A DNA stretch of 64,000 nt from Pelagomonas calceolata (Eukaryota). The stretch lies in contig CAKKNE010000004.1 in NCBI GenBank assembly GCA_918797485.1, positions 62,001 through 126,000 on the forward strand, read 5' to 3'. The notes beneath the pieces were generated by a model. The model ran no database searches, had not been told where the DNA came from, and saw only the letters and a list, made by a program, of their open reading frames with translations. Positions 33,451 through 45,177 of this stretch are shown piece after piece (position 1 is the first letter of the stretch; the number at the start of each line of letters is the position of its first letter). The position numbers and the translations under genes were made by a program.

Positions 33451-34857
33451 CTACGCGCCACGACGCCTTACAGCAAACAACTCCACGTCCTCCGGCACGA
33501 GCACCCCGCCACCAGTCGACACGACGCGCTCCGCGACGTCGAAGCGCGCCCGGAGCGCCCCAAAAAAGTCCGCGTCGTGCGGGTTCCGCCGCCGGTGCGC
33601 CAGCAGGCACACGGGGACGCGGTCGAGCAAAACCCCGAGCGTCCTCAGGAGAGGCGCGTGGAGGTCCGGATCGTAGACCACATCTGACGCGAGGACCAAA
33701 TCAAAGCTCTCCTCCAAAACGGCCGAAGGAACGTCCTGGAACCAGTCCAACGCCACCGCCGCCACATTATCCACGTGATTGAGCTCAATATTCGCCTCGA
33801 GCAACGGCACAACATCTTCAATATCCGTCAGCACGACGCGAGACGCCCCGAACAGCCGCGCCCCAATACCAACAGCACCGACGCCGCTCCCGAGTTCCAG
33901 CACGCGCTTGCCGTGCACGCACTCGTCCGTGCCCCGCGTGCTCCCGACGTGGGCGACGAGCGCGAGCGCCGCGTCCCACAACTTCCCTCCAATACCTAAA
34001 CGCGCCGGCGCCTCGGCGACGACCACGCTGACCTTCCCGAGCGCGAGCTCGCGGCAGCACGTCGCGCCGGCGTTTATTGCTCGAGTCGCTTCAATGAAGG
34101 GAAGCGACAGCACCGCGAGCGGCCGCCGCGCCCAGGCGCCCTCTGGAGAAATACGGAGCATGAAGTCGCCGCCGCGTTTCACTCTGATAGTGAGCCTTCC
34201 TCGTCCATCACTACCGATCGCGACGGGCGCCGCTTCCACAACGCCGCCGCCGCGCGCCGACGCGACGAGCGTCGTCTCACCATTACCGACCGTCGACCAA
34301 TCCGCGGGCCGCCAGAGGCCGAACTCGTTGCCGAGCCGAACCTCGACGTCGAAGGCGTCGCCTTCATCCACCGTCGCGGGCAGGGGCGACGCGAAGGCCA
34401 GCCGCAATTTCTGCGCCGGGTGCACCATGTGCTGGCCGTCCGCCGCCGTCGCTTTCAGCAGGTCCGCGTCGCGCTTCGCGTCGCGGCGGCACCGCGCCGC
34501 CTGGGCGAGGCATTTCTCGCGCTCCGGACCCTGCATTAAAGCCGCCGCAGACGCGGCGTCGTCGCCCGCGGCCGCGTGGCGTTCTCGCGCCGCGCGCGCA
34601 AAGGACCGCTTGAGCAGGATCCGGCCCTTCAGAGCGTCCGGCGGACTCGTGGCGAGGGCCGCGGTCAGGTCGGCCTCGGCGCCGGTCCAGTCCTGCTGGG
34701 CCGCTTTCACCGCTGCTCGGTTCTTGCGTAGGATGGCCGAGTCTTTATGTGCGATCGCTTTCGTGAAGGCATCGATGGCGTCGTCGTGCCGGCCCGCTTT
34801 GTACGCCGCGAGGGCAAGGCTAGCCATCTGGGCGACGGCGTCATCGATCGCAGCCAT
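33451..34857 (-). CDS. TPR plus METTL21-like (family 16) protein-lysine methyltransferase
   Basis: GGKLWDAA, RVLELGSGVG, LDW, DLVLASDVVY; N-terminal TPRs. Confidence 0.92.
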   Translation of the reverse strand: MAAIDDAVAQMASLALAAYKAGRHDDAIDAFTKAIAHKDSAILRKNRAAVKAAQQDWTGAEADLTAALATSPPDALKGRILLKRSFARAARERHAAAGDDAASAAALMQGPEREKCLAQAARCRRDAKRDADLLKATAADGQHMVHPAQKLRLAFASPLPATVDEGDAFDVEVRLGNEFGLWRPADWSTVGNGETTLVASARGGGVVEAAPVAIGSDGRGRLTIRVKRGGDFMLRISPEGAWARRPLAVLSLPFIEATRAINAGATCCRELALGKVSVVVAEAPARLGIGGKLWDAALALVAHVGSTRGTDECVHGKRVLELGSGVGAVGIGARLFGASRVVLTDIEDVVPLLEANIELNHVDNVAAVALDWFQDVPSAVLEESFDLVLASDVVYDPDLHAPLLRTLGVLLDRVPVCLLAHRRRNPHDADFFGALRARFDVAERVVSTGGGVLVPEDVELFAVRRRGA

Positions 34858-35123
34858 GCCTGACTGCTGTGCAGGAGTATCTATAGTCGAATGCGAGTCC
34901 TAAAAGGCCAAAATCGCGAGCGCTGGTGCATCAGAGCTCGTGTGGCCGTGGGATGCTAAAATGCAGAGCTAGCGGCGTAAGGCACTAGCAAAAGCAGGCA
35001 AAACGAGCTTGCGGTTGAGCAGGGCTTTAAAGCGCGCCAAGCAGTATCTGGCCTCCAAAAACAAGCCAGCACGGGCCCCACAGCTATAGCCGCGCAACCC
35101 CGCGAGTCAGGACTCGCTTCAGG

Positions 35124-36662
35124 ATGGCTAGAAAAAAGTCCAAGGCCAAGCAGCCCAAAGCCAAGCAGCAAACGCGGCCGCCGCCGCCCACCGTCACGCG
35201 CCGGCCGCAGCGCCAGGCCGCACAGACACAGCCGCCGCCCGTCGTCGCGCGCCGGCCGCAGCGCCAGGCCGTCCAGCAGATAAGGACGCGCTCCGGCACG
35301 TACTGGGCCGCCGCGGCCCTCCAGCGCCGCCGAGGGGCCCCCTTGACGACGCCGGCGTCGCGAGTGCTCTTCAAGACGCCGGACTTATTTGGCCATGTGT
35401 GCACACTCGTCGGGTCGACGCGCCAGCTCGCCGCGACGAGCCGCGCGGGTTCAGCGAGGAGCGCCGAGGCGAAGCCGCGCTTCGTCGCGCGGTACTTGTA
35501 TGTAATTCCGCTCGAGGGAAACAACAGGACCGCACCCATGGTCCCTCAAGCGGGCGCGCGGCTCCATTTGGCCACGGAGACGTGGGAGGCCGTCGCGGCG
35601 GCCGAGGACAACCATGAAGGCGAGGCCACGGCGTTCATCCCGACGCTGCACGCGCTGCGGCCGGCCGGCCGGCGCGGCGCGCAGAGTTTAAGCTTCTATG
35701 CGCAAGGCCGCCTCACGGACGAGCCGCGGAGCGACTCGCACTTCGTCTTCGACGCCGAGGCATCGCGCTGGGTGCGGCGGCCCTCGATAAATTCATCGCC
35801 GGCGCTGGCGAGCGGGCTCTACGTCTTCGCGCGGTTGAACGATACCCTCTACGTCATCGGCGGCGTCGACAACCGGGTCAGTCCGTCTTCAGCGGTGCGC
35901 CGTTTAGATGGAGACGCCTGGGTCGACTGCGCGCCGCTGAACCGGCCGCGCTTCGCTCCGTCGGTCTGCGCGGTGCCAAACGGGTTGGCGGTCCTCGGCG
36001 GTTTTTCGACCGGCGAAGGGGATGGCGGCGAGGAGGGGCTCGAGGCGACGCTGACGTCGGAGCGCTACGACGCCCGGTCGAACACGTGGACGAACGGACC
36101 GAATTTAGTTTTCTTCGGCCACGAGGGCGACGTCTTGACGGCGGCGATCGGTGAGGATGTTTTTGCCCTGGAGGCGCACTACGTGTCTGGTGGCGCGGCG
36201 CGGCTCCAGCGCTGGCGCGGCGACGAAATCGTGCGGTGTGCGTCGCTCGCCGGCAATCACCACCAACTCGTCGACGCTCCCGCGAGCGCCGAGCCGCGGA
36301 CCTATTCCACCAATGTGCTGCTCGCGGACCCGAAGCGAAATCGCCTGCTCGCGATGGACGGCTTGATAGATTCCGACGATGCGGTGACGTCGTCGCATGT
36401 CACCATACATGCTTACGACGTCGAACTCGACGCCTGGTCGCCGCTCATTCATCTGGAACACCCCGCGCTCGGCTTCACGGCGCTGCGCCACGGCGACCGC
36501 GTCTTCTTCCCGCTCCGCGGCGAACCGCAAGCCGGCCGCGAGACGACGGCGATCGGGTGCTTGGACCTGGAGACGGACGAGTGGCGCCGTGTTGGGGGCT
36601 CGACGGCACTTCTTGATCCGCGGAGGGGTCCATTATTCTGTGTAGGCGATGCGCCTGAGTAA
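35124..36662 (+). CDS. Kelch-repeat beta-propeller protein
   Basis: LYVIGG...W...APLNRPR, AVLGG...ERYDARSNTW; tandem peptide repeat PPP.V.RRPQRQA in the N-terminus. Confidence 0.85.
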   Translation: MARKKSKAKQPKAKQQTRPPPPTVTRRPQRQAAQTQPPPVVARRPQRQAVQQIRTRSGTYWAAAALQRRRGAPLTTPASRVLFKTPDLFGHVCTLVGSTRQLAATSRAGSARSAEAKPRFVARYLYVIPLEGNNRTAPMVPQAGARLHLATETWEAVAAAEDNHEGEATAFIPTLHALRPAGRRGAQSLSFYAQGRLTDEPRSDSHFVFDAEASRWVRRPSINSSPALASGLYVFARLNDTLYVIGGVDNRVSPSSAVRRLDGDAWVDCAPLNRPRFAPSVCAVPNGLAVLGGFSTGEGDGGEEGLEATLTSERYDARSNTWTNGPNLVFFGHEGDVLTAAIGEDVFALEAHYVSGGAARLQRWRGDEIVRCASLAGNHHQLVDAPASAEPRTYSTNVLLADPKRNRLLAMDGLIDSDDAVTSSHVTIHAYDVELDAWSPLIHLEHPALGFTALRHGDRVFFPLRGEPQAGRETTAIGCLDLETDEWRRVGGSTALLDPRRGPLFCVGDAPE

Positions 36663-38423
36663 TCTGCTATTTGTGACACTTTCGCCAGGTCTCTCTCCCA
36701 ACACAGATGCTGACCGCTGCAATGCCACTTCGACGGCGCTCTACGCCAGCTCTACGCCAGCGAGCGCCCAACAACACCTAGCGTGACATACACACACTAG
36801 CAAATTCAAAGATACGCCTCAATAGCGTCAAAAGAATGACTGAAATTCAGAATACATCCTAGTCGTTCGCCGAGACCAAATATTTCAGAGTAGCGGCCCG
36901 GGAACATACCCTCGCGCCTCCCGGAAGGCACCGCCCGCGACATTCGCGGATGAGTCTTACGGCTTGCCAAATTACACCAGCGCTTGACGCCGCCATCTAT
37001 CGTCCAGATGGGACATTATATCAACTCCAGCCCAGTTTTCATACAAGTTCGACGGAACCGGAGCCGACGGCGCGAGCTCGGAGGGCGGGAAAAGAATTCT
37101 ACTAGACAACTCTCGCGTTTATGTTCGTTTCCTTCCGTTTGTTAGTGGTAGAGTCCATCTAACCCGCATCAGCGATCACTGAGCTATTTTAGATATTCCG
37201 TTAGAGCCTCGCGATTCGTCGTTTTCGCGACCCCACGTTTCCATGAAGATTGACCGAAAACCTGAACCCGCGACTATCAGCGACGACACCATCCAGATGG
37301 ACCATAACGCCGTTGTTCTATTCACAATCGACTGACTTGCTCGTTCTCCGCGGACGACGGTGCGTACGCGGGGCACTGAATTGGCCCCAGACCGGTGGTT
37401 TATAAAATAAATTTGCGTTTCAGGCGATTTAGTTGTGGGACGGGCCAGGTAACCGGCTTGATTGTGTACTACATTGCTCCGAGACCCAAAGATGCTCGGC
37501 GCGGGTCGGCCAACTCGCGAGCCCACGATCTTGCTTAGATGGGCTTTAAACCCGGACCTGCGGCCATCAGCGCGTGTACCATTACCATGGACCATGACGC
37601 GATCATTTGTTTCATGATCGACCGACTTGCGCGAGGTCCAGATCAAGATGTTCACGTCCCGAGCGTGGGCGGCCCAAAGTACCCTTCTCGTGGTGTAGAT
37701 GTCATATACTTGTAATTCACTATCGCTGGGGTAGTATGGGGTCCGACGAGACCGCTACGGCGACTACTGGGGGCCCTCGGGTAATTGGCGTTTTTGACGG
37801 GAACGGGGCGCCATCGGGCCCAAATTGTTCACTTTTTTCGGATGTAGATCGGCTCGCGGACTCCCTCCGGGATAAGTCTGGGGTCGGGTAGTCGCCTACG
37901 CCGCATGCGCCCAGGCTTGGAGCTCCCCAGAGAGCTCTGGATCGAAAACTTTGGCAAATCATGGGCAAGTGAGATGCCTGGCTAAGAGAATTGCCATATA
38001 TATCTACCGATGGAAGCGCCCGCGCATGCGGCGTAGGCGATTGCACGTGTATTTTGCCGACCCTAGTCGGCTCCGGGGAGACCTCAGGACCACGAATTGA
38101 CAGGATTCCAACGACACGCCCGCCATGGTGGCGTCGTCTTTATCGCGAATTAAAAAAATTAATTTTTTTGGCCCCCGGTAAGTGTCCCATTATTATCTTG
38201 GGGCCATAAATGAACGGAAGGATACTCGAACGCCTGCATGTCGCATCTTGATATTAAGCCTAGTGTGTCTCGTCGCTAGAGGGCGCCGCTGCAAAGTGAA
38301 GCACAGAACGACGGCGAGCGGTCTGCTGAGTAGTCTGTCAGCACTTTGACCTGCTCACAAACTGCGAGGCAGCAAGCTACGGCGTTGAGCCACTCGGCGT
38401 GAGCCTCACAACCACAAATCGCT

Positions 38424-40814
38424 ATGGCAGCAACCCTGCTCTTGGCCGTGGCGCTCGGCGCCGTCGGCGCGCTGCAGCCGGCGCACCGCAGCGCGCGCCC
38501 CGCGCGGCGCACACAACTAAATGCGGAGGACCCGGACAAGCCCATGACCCTCTACGACCTGCCGGCCGAGGGCGAGCCGTGGCTGAACCGCTACTCGTCG
38601 ATGTTGACGAGGAACAAAAAACAGGGCGCATCGCAAGCGATGTTGTATGCCACCGGCTTGACGCAAGAAGACATGTCGAAGCCTGTGTGGAAATCAAAAT
38701 TTTACGGCGCGTCCTGAATCGCCGCGTCGACCTCCACGCCATCGACGCGGCGACTGCTCGATAGCGTGAAGGTGCCGGTTCCTCGCCGCCCGACGGAGCC
38801 GGCACGGCCGCGTCATCGCCGAGAAATGACTTAGTGAAGAATTGTCGGGTGCACCCGACACACTGGTTGATTTCCACACAGGCCGAAGCCCTTTGTCGGT
38901 GTTGGGTCGATCTGGTACGACGGCAACCCCTGTAACATGCACCTGTTGGAGCTGGGCACGTTGATCCGCAAGTCGTGCCAGGACGCTGGCATGGTGGGGT
39001 ACCGCTTCAATGCGGTCGGTGTCTCAGATGGGATCAGCATGGGTACGACGGGCATGAGGTACTCGTTACAATCCCGAGATTTGATCGCCGATTCGGTGGA
39101 GACGGTCATGGGTGCCCAGTGGTACGATGGTTTAATAGCCATCCCGGGCTGCGACAAGAACATGCCGGGCGTGGTCATGGGCATGGCGCGACTCAATCGG
39201 CCCGCGATCATGGTTTATGGCGGTACGATACGAGCTGGAAAACAACCCTCGACGGGAGAATCGTTGGATATCGTGTCGGCGTTCCAGTCCTACGGCGCGT
39301 ATGTGTACGACAAGATCGAGGAGGAAGAGCGCGCCGAGATTACGAGACATAGCTGCCCGGGCCAGGGCGCGTGCGGTGGGATGTATACGGCGAACACGAT
39401 GGCTACCGCGATAGAAGCGTTGGGCATGTCTTTGCCTTACTCCTCGTCGTCTCCCGCGGATTCGCAGGAGAAAAGAGACGAATGTGCCAGGGCTGGTGAA
39501 GCGATCAAGAAGTTGTTGGAGCTGGATCTCAAACCGAGAGATATCATGACCAAAGGCGCCTTCGAGAACGCTATAAGGATGGTCATGGTCACGGGTGGCT
39601 CTACCAATGCCGTGTTGCATCTGATAGCGATGTCGCGCGCGTGCCAAGATCCAGCAGTAAGGATCGGCCTGGACGACTTCCAGCGCATTTCCGACGAAAC
39701 GCCCTTCCTAGCAGACCTCAAACCTTCGGGAAAGTACGTCATGGAGGACGTCCAGAACATTGGCGGGACGCCGGGCGTGATTAAATTTATGATCGACAAC
39801 GGCATGTTCGACGGGTCCCAAATGACAGTAACCGGTAAAACCTGGGCCGAGAACGTGAAGGATCATCCGGGCCTGACGCCGGGCCAGGAGATCATCAAGC
39901 CGCTGTCGGACCCTGTAGATTTCAGTGTAAAAATCAAGCAGACCCGCACGCGATTCGAAGCGACGCCTGCACGCCATCGACGCGACGCCTGCTCGACAGC
40001 ACCTGACACTCACCGGTCTCTTCACGCGCAGGTCAAGGCGACGGGCCATTTACAAATTATGTACGGCAATGTGGCGCCCGGCGGCGGCGTCGCGAAGATC
40101 ACGGGCAAGGAGGGTGAGACCTTCACGGGCGTCGCGAAAGTCTACGATAGCGAGCCGGCGATGCTCGACGGCATTCTGAAGCGCGAGATCAAGTGCGGCC
40201 AGGTCGTGATCATAAGGTATGAAGGGCCAAAGGGTGGGCCTGGATTACCAGAAATGCTGACCCCCACCTCGGCGATCATGGGCGCCGGGTTAGGGGATTG
40301 CGTCGCGCTGCTCACGGATGGTAGATTTTCTGGAGGAAGCCACGGCTTCTGCATCGGCCACATCACGCCGGAGGCCCAGATCGGCGGGCCCATCGCCCTC
40401 ATCGAGGACGGCGACCCGATCCAGATCGACGCGCGCAACGACAAGCGCACGATCAACGTCATGCTGACGGACGAGCAGTGGGCGGAGCGCAGGGCGAAGT
40501 GGCGGCCGCCGCCGCTACGGGCGAACCAGGGTACGCTCTACAAGTACATGTCGGTGGTCAAAACGGCGTCCGAAGGCTGCGTGACCGACGAGCAAGTCCC
40601 AGACACCTCACCTATCTGGGCCCAGGAGGACGAGGGCGGCGCGGCGTCGGGTGCCGTCCCGGGGTCGCTCGAGACGGGTCCCATGACCATAGCAGAGCTG
40701 AAGGAGGAGCTGACGCGCCGCGGCGTCAAATTCTACGCGAGAGATCGCAAACACGTGCTCCGGGCGAAGCTGGACGCATGCTTGAGCGACGAGAGCTGCG
40801 CGACGTCGCGGTAA
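38424..40814 (+). CDS. ilvD: Dihydroxy-acid dehydratase, organelle-targeted; 3 exons (38424-38674, 38882-39914, 40032-40814)
   Basis: [57 protein letters not shown]. Confidence 0.97.
38675..38889 (+). mobile_element. Introner, long subfamily: intron 38675-38881 (207 nt)
   Basis: TSD gtcgaagc / gccgaagc; perfect 15-bp TIR; splicing restores [20 protein letters not shown]. Confidence 0.96.
39915..40031 (+). mobile_element. Decayed Introner intron (117 nt, in frame, stop-free)
   Basis: GT + 6 nt, then cagtgtaaaaatcaa; core acgccatcgacgcgacgcctgctcga; removal restores [17 protein letters not shown]. Confidence 0.88.
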
Positions 40815-40948
40815 TGGCTGTGGGCGCGTAAAAATTATGACCTAGCTGTCGCGGTGAAGGCGTACCGGTGGGGACTACGTCACCCTCAAGCCATCGACGC
40901 GGCGAGTATAACATCAGTCGAGTTAGCACAGGGGAGAAGGAAGAGGGC

Positions 40949-42211
40949 CTAGCGGCGGCGCATGCGTCCCGCCTTGAAGCGCCCCCCCGCCCACTCGTCG
41001 CGCGTCCGCTTGTCGAGCTTCTTGTACCACGCCATGAACTGGTCGAGGCCCGACTCGATGCTCGTCGTCGGCTGGTAGCCCAGGAGCTCGTGGGCCTTGC
41101 TGACGTCGGCGTACGTCTCCTTGATCTCGGCGTTCGAGGCTTGGTACTTGAACTTGGCCTTGACGCCCAACCGCTTCTCGATCTGCTCGAGGAAGTAGCC
41201 GAGCTTGACCGGCTTCGAGTTGCCGAGGTTGAAGACGGCCGCATTATCAGAGCAGTACTCCATCGACAGTTCGATGCCCTGCACAATATCATCCACAAAC
41301 GTGAAGTCGCGCCACATCTCGCCTCCATTGAACAACGTAATGGTCTCGCCGTTCTCGATCTTGTTCGTGAACAACGACACGGCCATGTCCGGCCGGCCCC
41401 AGGGCCCGTAGACCGTGAAGAAGCGGAGTCCCACCGATTTCAAACCGTGGATGTTGTGGTAGGCCGCGGCGATCTGCTCGTTTCCGAACTTAGATGTACC
41501 ATATAAATTCGCTGGATGGTCAATCGCATGCAATTCACTGAATGGGATCTTCTTGTTGAGGCCGTAGACACTCGAGCTGGAAGCATAAACATAAGCCGGC
41601 TGGGGCTTCTTGTGCGCCACGTAATCCAAGAGCGACACGACACACTCGTAGTTGTTGTGCACGTAGGTCATGGGATGCGTGATCGAGTAGCGCACGCCGG
41701 CCTGGGCCGCGAGGTGCACGACGTGCGTGAAGCGGTGCTGCTCGAAGAGCTTGTCGATGACCGCCGTGTCACACACATCCGCCTCGATGACGTCGTAGCC
41801 GAACTCCGTCTTGAGGCGCTGCGCCCGCCCGCGCTTCATGGCCGGCGCGTAGTAGTCGTTGAAGGAATCGATGCCGATGACGACGGCGGGCTTCGTCTTG
41901 GCGTCGCGCTTGCCGAGCGAAGCCATGAGCGACATGCCAATAAAGCCCGCGCCGCCCGTCACCAGGACTCTACTGTTGGCGTCGACCTTGGGCACCTCTA
42001 CGCCCGCCGGGCAGGGCACGTCGTTCCACTTCTCCTGGGCGTCGCCGCCCAGCGACGCGATGGACTCGGACCCCGCCACGAGACTGAAGAGAGCGAGCAC
42101 GGCCGCGGCGGCGAGCGCGCCGGCCGCGTACGTCTTCATGGGTCTGGGGGCTTTGCCGTTGTCGTCCGGCGGCTCCTTGCCGATGTTCATGGCCTCGAAG
42201 TTGCGGTGCAT
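40949..42211 (-). CDS. UDP-glucuronate 4-epimerase-like extended SDR with membrane anchor
   Basis: VLVTGGAGFIG, HLAAQAGVRYS, YASSSSVYG, YGTSK, LRFFTVYGPWGRPDMA. Confidence 0.93.
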   Translation of the reverse strand: MHRNFEAMNIGKEPPDDNGKAPRPMKTYAAGALAAAAVLALFSLVAGSESIASLGGDAQEKWNDVPCPAGVEVPKVDANSRVLVTGGAGFIGMSLMASLGKRDAKTKPAVVIGIDSFNDYYAPAMKRGRAQRLKTEFGYDVIEADVCDTAVIDKLFEQHRFTHVVHLAAQAGVRYSITHPMTYVHNNYECVVSLLDYVAHKKPQPAYVYASSSSVYGLNKKIPFSELHAIDHPANLYGTSKFGNEQIAAAYHNIHGLKSVGLRFFTVYGPWGRPDMAVSLFTNKIENGETITLFNGGEMWRDFTFVDDIVQGIELSMEYCSDNAAVFNLGNSKPVKLGYFLEQIEKRLGVKAKFKYQASNAEIKETYADVSKAHELLGYQPTTSIESGLDQFMAWYKKLDKRTRDEWAGGRFKAGRMRRR

Positions 42212-42638
42212 GTCACTCGTTTGTAAGGAGTACTCCGCAATTTTGCCGCTGGCGAGCTATGCCCGCCGCGTAGGGACTCAATTATTTTTTTCGCGTTTTT
42301 TGGCTGTGTTGGCTTTTGCGGTTACGTGGCTTTTGCCAAGCAACGCGCAGCTTCCGGCCGGACTCGTTATCGCAGCGCAGCGCTGCGACGAGCTTCCCTT
42401 GCAATGCAGCGTAGGTGGCGTGTGTTTTTACGCGCCGCCACAAGCTTGCAAAAAAAATGACCACTAGTGTGTCGATACGCTAGGTCCCGAAACAAGGACG
42501 AGCGCATAGGAGCGACAGGCCGTGAGGAGACGATTACACAGGTGGCTAGAAAACACTAGACGCAGCTCGTGACCCGAATTAAAGCTGCCCAAAAACCAAA
42601 CACACACAGGGAGAAGGGCAGCACAAACAGCACGCAGG

Positions 42639-43276
42639 ATGGGCACCCTCCTACTGGACATCGCCCTCTTCGTCTCCGCCGCGCTGCTGATCCCGCCCGC
42701 GTTCATCGTGGCAAGCAAGGGCCCCATCGATGGCATCCGAGAGTTGGTTGGAGAGGACTCCATCACTGCCTACGACGAGGAATCGTACGTGCTGAAGCAT
42801 ATCGTCTTCATCGATTGTGCGAAGAACTGGTTCCTCGCGGCGCTCTATTTGGCAGCGATCACCATGGAAGCGGCCGCTAAGGAGAAGGTCGCGATCCTCG
42901 CCATCCTCCTGATGCGCGATCCAGAGCAGAAATGAACTTGAACTTGACGTCGTCGCGGCGATGGCGTCTTCATGAGACCACGTCGCCTCGACGCCGTCGA
43001 CGCGCTCTCGTGAATGAACTGAGACGGCATCGCGACGGCGTTGTCCCGCGCAGGCTCCTCATCGGCGCGGTGCAGGTGATCGCGCCCGCGAAAGAGTCGA
43101 TCGCGCCCTACCCGTCGCTCGAGGGCATCACGGGCAACCCGGTCTTCCTGCCCATCTGCGGCACGCAGATAGTCTTACTCACGCTAGGCGTCCTGTTCGC
43201 CTCGCCGGCGACGAAGAAGAAGAAGCCCGCCGCGACGCGGGCGACGCGGGCCTCGACGCGCGCGAAGCGCAGCTAG
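42639..43276 (+). CDS. Small multi-pass membrane protein (host gene A); 2 exons (42639-42913, 43054-43276)
   Basis: About 4 hydrophobic segments; splicing gives ILAILLM|LLIGAVQV; basic tail ...STRAKRS*. Confidence 0.7.
42914..43053 (+). mobile_element. Decayed Introner GC-AG intron (140 nt)
   Basis: GC + 6 nt, then cagagcagaaatgaa; cores cgatggcgt and acgccgtcgacgcg; ends cgcgcag; phase-2 junction fits. Confidence 0.7.
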
Positions 43277-43354
43277 ATGATCACCTCGTTCGCTCTCACG
43301 TTTTAATCAGCATAAGTTAGACTTCTAGTCGCGCTTCGTCGCGCGCGTCGAGGG
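43180..43354. repeat. Left copy of a 175/176-bp direct repeat (3' end of gene A, intergenic, 3' end of gene B)
   Basis: Aligns with 47411-47586; the last 70 bp are identical. Confidence 0.97.
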
Positions 43355-43425
43355 AGAGAGGCAAGCTAAATCTAGTATGCAATAGAACTCGAATCCTTAT
43401 GAGCGTGCTAGTTCCAAACACCCTC

Positions 43426-44901
43426 CTAGTCGGAGTCGTCGTTTTTGTAGAGTTTGCGCACGTCCCGGAACTTCTGCACGATCTTCGCGTAATCGGGTTC
43501 CCCCTTTTTCGGGAGAAGGTTCCCGCCGAACAGGCCCGAGGCCCACTCTAAGGCCTTCGGCGCGCTCTTCGCGTCGATGATGCGGCGTGGGAAGGCCGCC
43601 TCACGGACGCTGTTCCGAAGGCGTTTCTTCGTGGCGTCGGACGCGCCCACACCGCAGGCGGCGCGCGCGCCGCCGTTCCTCGCCTCCTCGTCGTAGGCCT
43701 CGAGCTGGCGCACGAGTACGTTCCGCGAGAACGACCGTTGACCGTTCTCGCGAGGCTCGCCGAGGAACTTGAGGACGTACTTTTGGTAGTCCTCGTCGGA
43801 ACACAGCGACGTGTCGTTGTCGTCGCGCCGCGCGAGGAGGATGAGCACGGCGAGCGCGCCGTCGTGGCCGTGGCGCTTCGCGGCGGCGGCCAGGCGCTGG
43901 ACGAAGCTGAGCGTCTCGAGTGCCGCGTCGAGGCGCTGCCGCCGGATCGTCCGGTACGCCTGCGTCGCGGCGGACGACGCGTTGGCGCCGCCGTACGCGC
44001 TATCGAACGCGGCCTTGGCGGCGACGGCCCGCGCGGCTCTAGGCAAGATCGCCTCGACGGGCGGCGGGATGTCGTTGATGCCGAGGAGGAACAACAAGCA
44101 CCGCATGCTGTCGTCGGTCGCGAGGCCGAGGCCCTTCAACACGTCATACCGCCGGTGCACCTCCCACCAGCGCTTCGAGGGGTTCTTATAACCCCGTTTG
44201 AGTCGCAGCGCTTCCAGGCCCGCGTAGCCGAACCAGTCCTTGTCGGACACCGCCCCCTTGTCCAGACACGAAAGACTCGTTCTACCACCGATCTCCTGGT
44301 CGCTCTCGAGCCAGGCGAGCGCGGCCTCGGCTTCGCCGCGGCAGCAAATGATGGCCACGGTTTGGGCCTCTTGGCAGTCCGCTGCGAACTCGACGCGCCA
44401 TCTTTGGAAGTTGTCGCCGATCACGTCCCGGGACCACCACGGCTGGCCCGCGTCATAGAACGCGTCCTTGTCTTTCGTCGGGACGACTGTTAAAGGGTTG
44501 TGGGCGCGCGCCCGCGCGTCGATTTGCGAGTACTTGCCCGCGCCGGGCGCCGTTTCCGGGCCATCGATTATGATTACCGGTACGGCTGCTTTCAACCAAA
44601 GGCCGATGATGCGTTGTCCGAGATTCCTGCGCCGCTCGGCCCAGGAGAGGGGGCCCTGTCGACCAGCATGGTGTGAAGTGTTTAACGCGTCGACGCCCAC
44701 TCGTTGTTTTTCGAAGAGTTCTTTTACTGACGATTTCTCATCACACGTGACGACGAGTCCTAATTTGTCGCAGATATCGAAGATAGAGGTACCAAAAGGC
44801 ATCGCCTCCGGCATACCATACTTAAGTATAATATACCATATAGAGAGGAGGGCGAGTCGGTTGCTGTCCTTTTGCATGCTTCCGACGGTCATCCTAGGCA
44901 T
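43426..44901 (-). CDS. Divergent XPG/FEN1 (Rad2-family, PIN-fold) structure-specific nuclease
   Basis: Motifs in FEN1 order: VGVDALN, PVIIIDG, K-x6-R (KYSQIDAR), GEAEAALAWL, SDKDW, LGLA....LLFLLGIND. Confidence 0.75.
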   Translation of the reverse strand: MPRMTVGSMQKDSNRLALLSIWYIILKYGMPEAMPFGTSIFDICDKLGLVVTCDEKSSVKELFEKQRVGVDALNTSHHAGRQGPLSWAERRRNLGQRIIGLWLKAAVPVIIIDGPETAPGAGKYSQIDARARAHNPLTVVPTKDKDAFYDAGQPWWSRDVIGDNFQRWRVEFAADCQEAQTVAIICCRGEAEAALAWLESDQEIGGRTSLSCLDKGAVSDKDWFGYAGLEALRLKRGYKNPSKRWWEVHRRYDVLKGLGLATDDSMRCLLFLLGINDIPPPVEAILPRAARAVAAKAAFDSAYGGANASSAATQAYRTIRRQRLDAALETLSFVQRLAAAAKRHGHDGALAVLILLARRDDNDTSLCSDEDYQKYVLKFLGEPRENGQRSFSRNVLVRQLEAYDEEARNGGARAACGVGASDATKKRLRNSVREAAFPRRIIDAKSAPKALEWASGLFGGNLLPKKGEPDYAKIVQKFRDVRKLYKNDDSD

Positions 44902-45177
44902 CCTATCAGGCCAAATTCCCGAGACGTCGCGAGGCTAGCGGCCTTAAGACACTAGCAGCAAGTAGGCTGGGAGAGCAATCGCAAAAGCGCAGCGTGTGCG
45001 CGGCGCACCAGCCGACGGCGCCTTGGCGCATCCATACGACCGTCCTCGGGCAGCTGCAAGACGACGGCGTCTCCCGCTGTCGGCCGGCGCCGCCGCGGCC
45101 TGTTGGCAGCCTGGTTGCTGCTGCTGCTCTCAGGCCGCGGCAGCGCGCTGCGCGCGCGACGGTCGTCCGTGCTCACG

